Positions 58,549-64,000 of a stretch of 64,000 nt of DNA are shown here, in pieces; the stretch's first letter is position 1; each line of letters starts with the position of its first letter. The DNA is from Klebsormidium nitens (Eukaryota; Plantae; Klebsormidiophyceae). The notes below the pieces were generated by a model that made no database searches, was not told the DNA's origin, and saw only the letters and a list, made by a program, of their open reading frames with translations. The DNA lies in the NCBI GenBank assembly GCA_000708835.1, contig DF237479.1, positions 1-64,000 of the forward strand. The letters are read 5' to 3'. The translations under genes were made by a program, and so were the position numbers.

Positions 58549-61500
58549 TAGTAGATCAGACTGAAAACAGTGAGTATATTGATTGAAGCATGTTACCGGT
58601 ACCACGAATATGAAAGAGTTCATAAGCTCGAAGTGCCAGATTCTTTAATATTGACATGCTGTAATTGCCCATGGATGGCAAACAAGAGCTGGATGTAATC
58701 CGTTTTGCAATTAAGACCATCACAATATATAAGGAAAGTGTCACTCAGTACTGTAAGGTAGCAGTTGGGAACTTGGGAGTCGGGAGCTGGAATCCAATTT
58801 CGGGGATGCATAATGCACGGTACGTACCACAGATCCGGACGTACTCCAGAAGATCTACAGTCTATTTATTACAGTAATTTATAAACTCCAGACAGATCAG
58901 TGGTCACCTGGCCCCTGGGCCGCTAATGTACAATGTCGATACCTAGCCCTTGCATGGAAGTACCTCCTGACACTGGTCCTGAAGGGCACAGTAGGTAGAG
59001 GGTATGTAGAGAGATGGCGCTAGCTGTCTTATGGCAGCCGTTGTCCTGAAGGCTGAAGACTCGATCGGCATTGTTTGAAAGTAATCAAGTGCTGCAAGGT
59101 GAGCTGGTCAGCCAATGCATTAGTTGCAATCTGGCAAAAAACTGACTTTTTCTTGAGCTTTTTGTTGGCACCTCTGCAATGCTCTCCTATTGCTCTTGCC
59201 ATCTGACCATCTGACCATCTGCCTCCATAGTGTCATAATGCAAGGCCTTCTAAGCAGGTGATGAGACCAGTGAGAAATGTTGAGCACTGCTCAAATTTAT
59301 ATGAAGTATTAACTGGAAACTTGCTGATTGTTCTGCNNNNNNNNNNNNNNNNNNNNNNNNNNNNNNNNNNNNNNNNNNNNNNNNNNNNNNNNNNNNNNNN
59401 NNNNNNNNNNNNNNNNNNNNNNNNNNNNNNNNNNNNNNNNNNNNNNNNNNNNNNNNNNNNNNNNNNNNNNNNNNNNNNNNNNNNNNNNNNNNNNNNNNNN
59501 NNNNNNNNNNNNNNNNNNNNNNNNNNNNNNNNNNNNNNNNNNNNNNNNNNNNNNNNNNNNNNNNNNNNNNNNNNNNNNNNNNNNNNNNNNNNNNNNNNNN
59601 NNNNNNNNNNNNNNNNNNNNNNNNNNNNNNNNNNNNNNNNNNNNNNNNNNNNNNNNNNNNNNNNNNNNNNNNNNNNNNNNNNNNNNNNNNNNNNNNNNNN
59701 NNNNNNNNNNNNNNNNNNNNNNNNNNNNNNNNNNNNNNNNNNNNNNNNNNNNNNNNNNNNNNNNNNNNNNNNNNNNNNNNNNNNNNNNNNNNNNNNNNNN
59801 NNNNNNNNNNNNNNNNNNNNNNNNNNNNNNNNNNNNNNNNNNNNNNNNNNNNNNNNNNNNNNNNNNNNNNNNNNNNNNNNNNNNNNNNNNNNNNNNNNNN
59901 NNNNNNNNNNNNNNNNNNNNNNNNNNNNNNNNNNNNNNNNNNNNNNNNNNNNNNNNNNNNNNNNNNNNNNNNNNNNNNNNNNNNNNNNNNNNNNNNNNNN
60001 NNNNNNNNNNNNNNNNNNNNNNNNNNNNNNNNNNNNNNNNNNNNNNNNNNNNNNNNNNNNNNNNNNNNNNNNNNNNNNNNNNNNNNNNNNNNNNNNNNNN
60101 NNNNNNNNNNNNNNNNNNAACATCAACGCGCGTCCTTTTTGGCTGCCGTAGCACAGTGGTAGTGCTTCGGACCGTCACACTTTTTGCCAACTTTCGCCCA
60201 CTTTTGCCGGATTATCTTGTTGTTTACAATCTTGTCAGGAGTTGCATTTTAAGTTTGTGGCGTTTCAAATCAAGGTAGCACCTTTTTGAAAGCCAGCCGT
60301 TGGTGCAAACCCTTCTCGAGATCTACTTCAAGTCAATGTGCACATTCTGCAGAACTCTCTTCAAGCCCTCACACTGTAGTATCCAAGTACAACACTCTAC
60401 TTTGATAGAATGACTGGCAGATCCAGGATTGCTGATTGTAACAAAAAGAAAGCAATTCTTCTATGCGAAACAGGCAGCGATAGAAGTTCGATCAACCATA
60501 GCTCTTGAACCTGAAACGCTCCGGCAGGTCATCAGGGCTGCTCTTGGTCATCAGACAATCTAATGACTAGTATTTTGGGTTCGTGCTTGCATCGCCTATG
60601 CAGTGAAGTGTGTCGCGCAGTGCAACCTCCTATGAGTAATCAACAAATGCTGGAAGCGAGTAGAAAGCTTATCGAGACAGCAACAGTCAAGAATGCCATG
60701 AGACAAGGCACTGTGATAAGCCGCACAGGCACTTCTGATTGGTTGAATATTCCGTTGCATCAGATTGACCTCCTGTCAATCTTCTGCAGACAGGTTTGGT
60801 CCAGGTAAAATTATTAGATTCTTAGAGAGAAATAAAGTCAAGCCTGGACTACTCTGGCTTAACAGTCCTAGAAAAGGCCCTTGAACACCAACACAAAAGA
60901 TGCTGCCTACAGCCACTCACCTTCTGGTGTTGCTCCTACAGGTTGCGGCTCAGGCTGTTGTTGTGTGGAGGATTGGCAATCCGATAGCTGAAGTGTCACC
61001 TCCCCAAAGATGGCAACGACCCCTGCTTCCGAACCGGTGAGCTCAAGGGGTTCACTTCTGCACACTGGCTCTAATTGTGAATGCTGTTCAATGTGGCCGC
61101 AGGCTTTATTTCAAGTCCTTTTTCGCAGTGTGTTGGATTATGTGTCCCTCGAGGTGCATCAGTCAGAAGCTCAACTGAAGGCGCATCTTTTTAGATACCG
61201 GGCTCTGTGGCTGCAAGCAATACCAACCGCAACTTCCACGCAATTGCTGAAAATCTTGGTGCGTCACGCTTGGTTGGTGATGCAGTTTGATTGAAAGTAA
61301 GTTGCTTCACATACCATTTGGAAGATGTCAAGAGTAATTTAAGGATGAAGGTCTCCCTAGCCACAGAGGTTTTATGCGGACATGCGGGCCAATGCAATAA
61401 GCTTTTTTGAGAATTCAGAAAATGCATATTTGGCTCAATAAAGTCGGTCACCCGAGCATGCTCATTTTCGTTGGCAAAGGAACACTCAAGAAAGTCAAGC

Positions 61501-62143
61501 TAGCTTCCCAACTTGTTTGCTTTCCTTGAAGAAACGGCTGCCTGCATTGTCATTGTTCTGAAGCTCAATCCTGATGAACAGACCTAGATTTCATTTGATG
61601 CTTAATTATAGCTGGACGTATGTGCAAAAGCTTTGCTGTATGCCTGCTTGTCTGTAAAAGGGGATCGTTGAGATATGAAAGCACATTGATGCCAATGTGC
61701 CGCTTTTCTCTCCTATTGTTGATGATCCCGGTGTTTGGTCATCTGGATTGGCATGTCAATTTTGAATGGGCAGACTGCAGTACCAGCATAGGAGGAGTTT
61801 TTTTTTCTGCTTGTTGCTCACAAAACGGAAAAAGGCAGCATCGAAGCCTTGTGGTCGCGGATCCTTTTGTCAGAAAGCAAAGAAATTGGACAACCACCGC
61901 AGGGACTTGGGTTCTGACTGCCCACACAAACTTGTGGATGTAGATGAGGCGCTAAATCCAAGCAGAAGAATCTTTGCAATTCAAAGTAGTGTCAACATTT
62001 CCAGGTTCCTATTGTCCTCTTGTGAGGGGGAGTGTTGAACAGTTTTTGTCAGGAAAGGTACTCAGCAGGCAAGTACTTGAGCTGATCATAATTCCGTGCC
62101 ATCAAATCAGGCTGCTGATTGTTGATTGTTGCTCATATTGCAG

Positions 62144-64000
62144 GTGGCCCTGGTTGAGCAAGCCAAAGGTACTGAAGGCGGGGCGCTTGGAGGCACCCTC
62201 AGCGGTGTGGCAATCAAGACCGGGTTGGAGAACTTCTTTGGGGTGGAACGAATCACTTTCCACCCAAACTATCTCGAGCTGGTTGGCCCACTCCGCCTGG
62301 ATCAGGAAGGGGTGGAGCTGCTAGCGGAGGCCTTGAAGGGTCATCCTAGGTTGAAGTCATTGATCCTGAGGGAGGTTGAGCTCGATTGGGGACACTTCAA
62401 AGGCAACCTGGGGCTGGCCCTTGAGCAAATGAACGATTTGCATTCACTGGATCTGACTTTGAGCACCTTCTCAGGGGATTTTGCCGGGTCCGGTTTCTCG
62501 AAGCTGATTGAGTCGAAAACGCTCTTGGTTAGTCTGGTCATGCACAATGTCAATGGTTTGAAGGTCGGGGACCTTCTGGAGATTCTGAAGACAACAACTT
62601 CTAGGGACTTTCCTCTAGCTCTTAGCATCCGTGCGGATTCTTGGCAACTGGAGGACCTTGAGGCACTTGCGAGAGAGTGGCCCGACGGTACAATGGTAAA
62701 AATAGAAGGTTTAATCGGATCCCTACTCGACTGCCTGAGAGGTGGTTGCGAAGAGTTGAACATGGATCTGCACAGTCGGTACGATCTTGTCGAATCGCCG
62801 TTGTGGACTGCTTTTGCTGAAAGCCACGTCGGACAAGTGAGGAGGTTACTTGTAGAGGCAAGCGAGTTCGATTCGGTCTACGACCTTTCTCTAGGAATGT
62901 TCTGCTCAATTGTGCTGAAGAAGCTTCCATCCTTGAGTAGCATCACGTTCTCGGCCCGTGCTCAAGCTAATTGGAGTCTCTTGGGTGCACGACGTACCAT
63001 AGCAGATTCAGTGGCAATGATAACTTCAGTTCAGGGACTAGTGGCCTTGAGTGCCTTGAGTCTGCTTGTTCTGATCAGCGCTACGAAGCTGGACAATACA
63101 TCTGTGAGAGAACTGATCTCCACAATCGAGACGTATGGGGAGGTCACGAGTATCGAGCTTCCATGGAAAAGCAAAGCCTTGAGGACTCAACTACTACTCG
63201 CATGCGAGAGAAACAAGCGTTTGCAAGGGCTTTGGGAGGTCGCTTCAGAGGACGAGTTGGTGCGAATTGACTCTCTTTGGGGAAAGGTGTTTTTGTGCGG
63301 AGATGGTTATGCTGGAAAGTCCACCCTCACCAAATCGCTCGTGAGACGGAAGGGCTTGTTTGCGGCCTGCCTCCAGCCCTCAGAAGGAGCATTTGTCAGC
63401 GCATTTGTCAGCAATCAATACGTGGCAATCCGGGGCATAGCTCTTGCGAAGTACCAAGCCGTTTACGAGGGCAAGGGCGCCCAACTGGTCTTTTGGGACT
63501 TGGCGGGGCAGAAAGAGTATCAGGTTCTGCACTCTTCCCTCCTAGCAAACGAAGGCAAGGCCACAAGCTACGTCCTTGTCTCTCGAATTGATAACGACAT
63601 ACAAGCGCAGAAGGGCGACAAGTCAGGGAGTCCGCTCGCTGAGCTACCTGTAAGGATCCGCTGGTGGTTAGACCTCGTTGCATCTTACAGCCAGGTTGGA
63701 AACGAGCGTGCGGTTGTACTGGTTTTTAACGAGGTTGGTAATCAGCAAGCCCGCAGGGAGAAACTCGAGCGCCTTGCGGATGAGCTCCGCTCCTCTTATC
63801 AGGACAAGCTCAAGATCCTTGAAGAGGTCTACTTTCTGGATACGCGGCACCATAAGTCGGCCGGGGTGAGGGCGCTCCAGTTGAAACTTCTCGCCTTAAC
63901 GGAGGAGGCCACCAAGCCCACTCCAAAGGTTTGTCTAGAACTTCAAACGACGCTTACTGGGTTCCGAAAGAGCGGTCGGTTTCCGGTGCAAACCTGGGAG
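62144..64000 (+). CDS. ROCO protein (LRR-like region plus Roc GTPase; TORNADO1-like); runs off the window end; upstream exons (~60560-62000) unresolved
   Basis: Frame open without stops from the acceptor at 62144 to the end of the window. RI-like LRR segments (LLAEALKGHPRLKSLIL), P-loop KVFLCGDGYAGKSTL (~63284-63330), G3 FWDLAGQKEY, then RWWLDLVAS. Missing from the ORF track because no stop lies inside the window. Confidence 0.85.
   Translation, partial: MALVEQAKGTEGGALGGTLSGVAIKTGLENFFGVERITFHPNYLELVGPLRLDQEGVELLAEALKGHPRLKSLILREVELDWGHFKGNLGLALEQMNDLHSLDLTLSTFSGDFAGSGFSKLIESKTLLVSLVMHNVNGLKVGDLLEILKTTTSRDFPLALSIRADSWQLEDLEALAREWPDGTMVKIEGLIGSLLDCLRGGCEELNMDLHSRYDLVESPLWTAFAESHVGQVRRLLVEASEFDSVYDLSLGMFCSIVLKKLPSLSSITFSARAQANWSLLGARRTIADSVAMITSVQGLVALSALSLLVLISATKLDNTSVRELISTIETYGEVTSIELPWKSKALRTQLLLACERNKRLQGLWEVASEDELVRIDSLWGKVFLCGDGYAGKSTLTKSLVRRKGLFAACLQPSEGAFVSAFVSNQYVAIRGIALAKYQAVYEGKGAQLVFWDLAGQKEYQVLHSSLLANEGKATSYVLVSRIDNDIQAQKGDKSGSPLAELPVRIRWWLDLVASYSQVGNERAVVLVFNEVGNQQARREKLERLADELRSSYQDKLKILEEVYFLDTRHHKSAGVRALQLKLLALTEEATKPTPKVCLELQTTLTGFRKSGRFPVQTWE

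Noticed and set aside
59233-60278. ORFs of ~300 aa
   Set aside because: Composed almost entirely of the N gap.
1-64000. tRNA, rRNA or snRNA genes
   Set aside because: None recognised by eye; a covariance-model scan (tRNAscan-SE, Infernal) would be needed to exclude small ncRNAs.

Overview
Eukaryotic, intron-rich genomic DNA with assembly gaps at about 4238-4257, 25852-26791, 58102-58121 and 59337-60118. The gene set (CLC-e, PNET2/NEMP, POD1/TAPT1, RimM-uridylyltransferase fusion, TORNADO1-like ROCO) and the GT-[AG]AG...YAG splice signals suggest a streptophyte green alga such as Klebsormidium. That taxon call is inference and was not verified. The first ~11 kb is accessory or mobile: the C-terminus of a D5/P4-type primase-helicase followed by an origin-like inverted iteron array, a frameshifted KDZ transposase, repeat relics and a frameshifted GT-A glycosyltransferase. 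From 13 to 57 kb there are spliced housekeeping genes (CLC-e, UBL5, Mis18-like, NEMP, RimM-UAP, TAPT1, RPA49) plus a 73-aa three-exon microprotein that is absent from the ORF track. It carries the PDCD4/SERBP1-like ribosome-binding motif but no MA3 domain. The window ends with non-autonomous hAT and pogo-like elements and a Roc-GTPase (ROCO) gene running off the end. Main observations: (1) Exon-boundary 'echo' arrays. In four genes, a splice site plus the adjoining exon fragment is tandemly duplicated 2-6 times into the intron, mostly with 139-185 bp periods. (2) A minor-spliceosome AT-AC intron in TAPT1 whose branch point and acceptor are also echoed. (3) The standalone PDCD4-motif microprotein. 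All exon structures were read by hand and all family calls come from motif recognition, not database searches.
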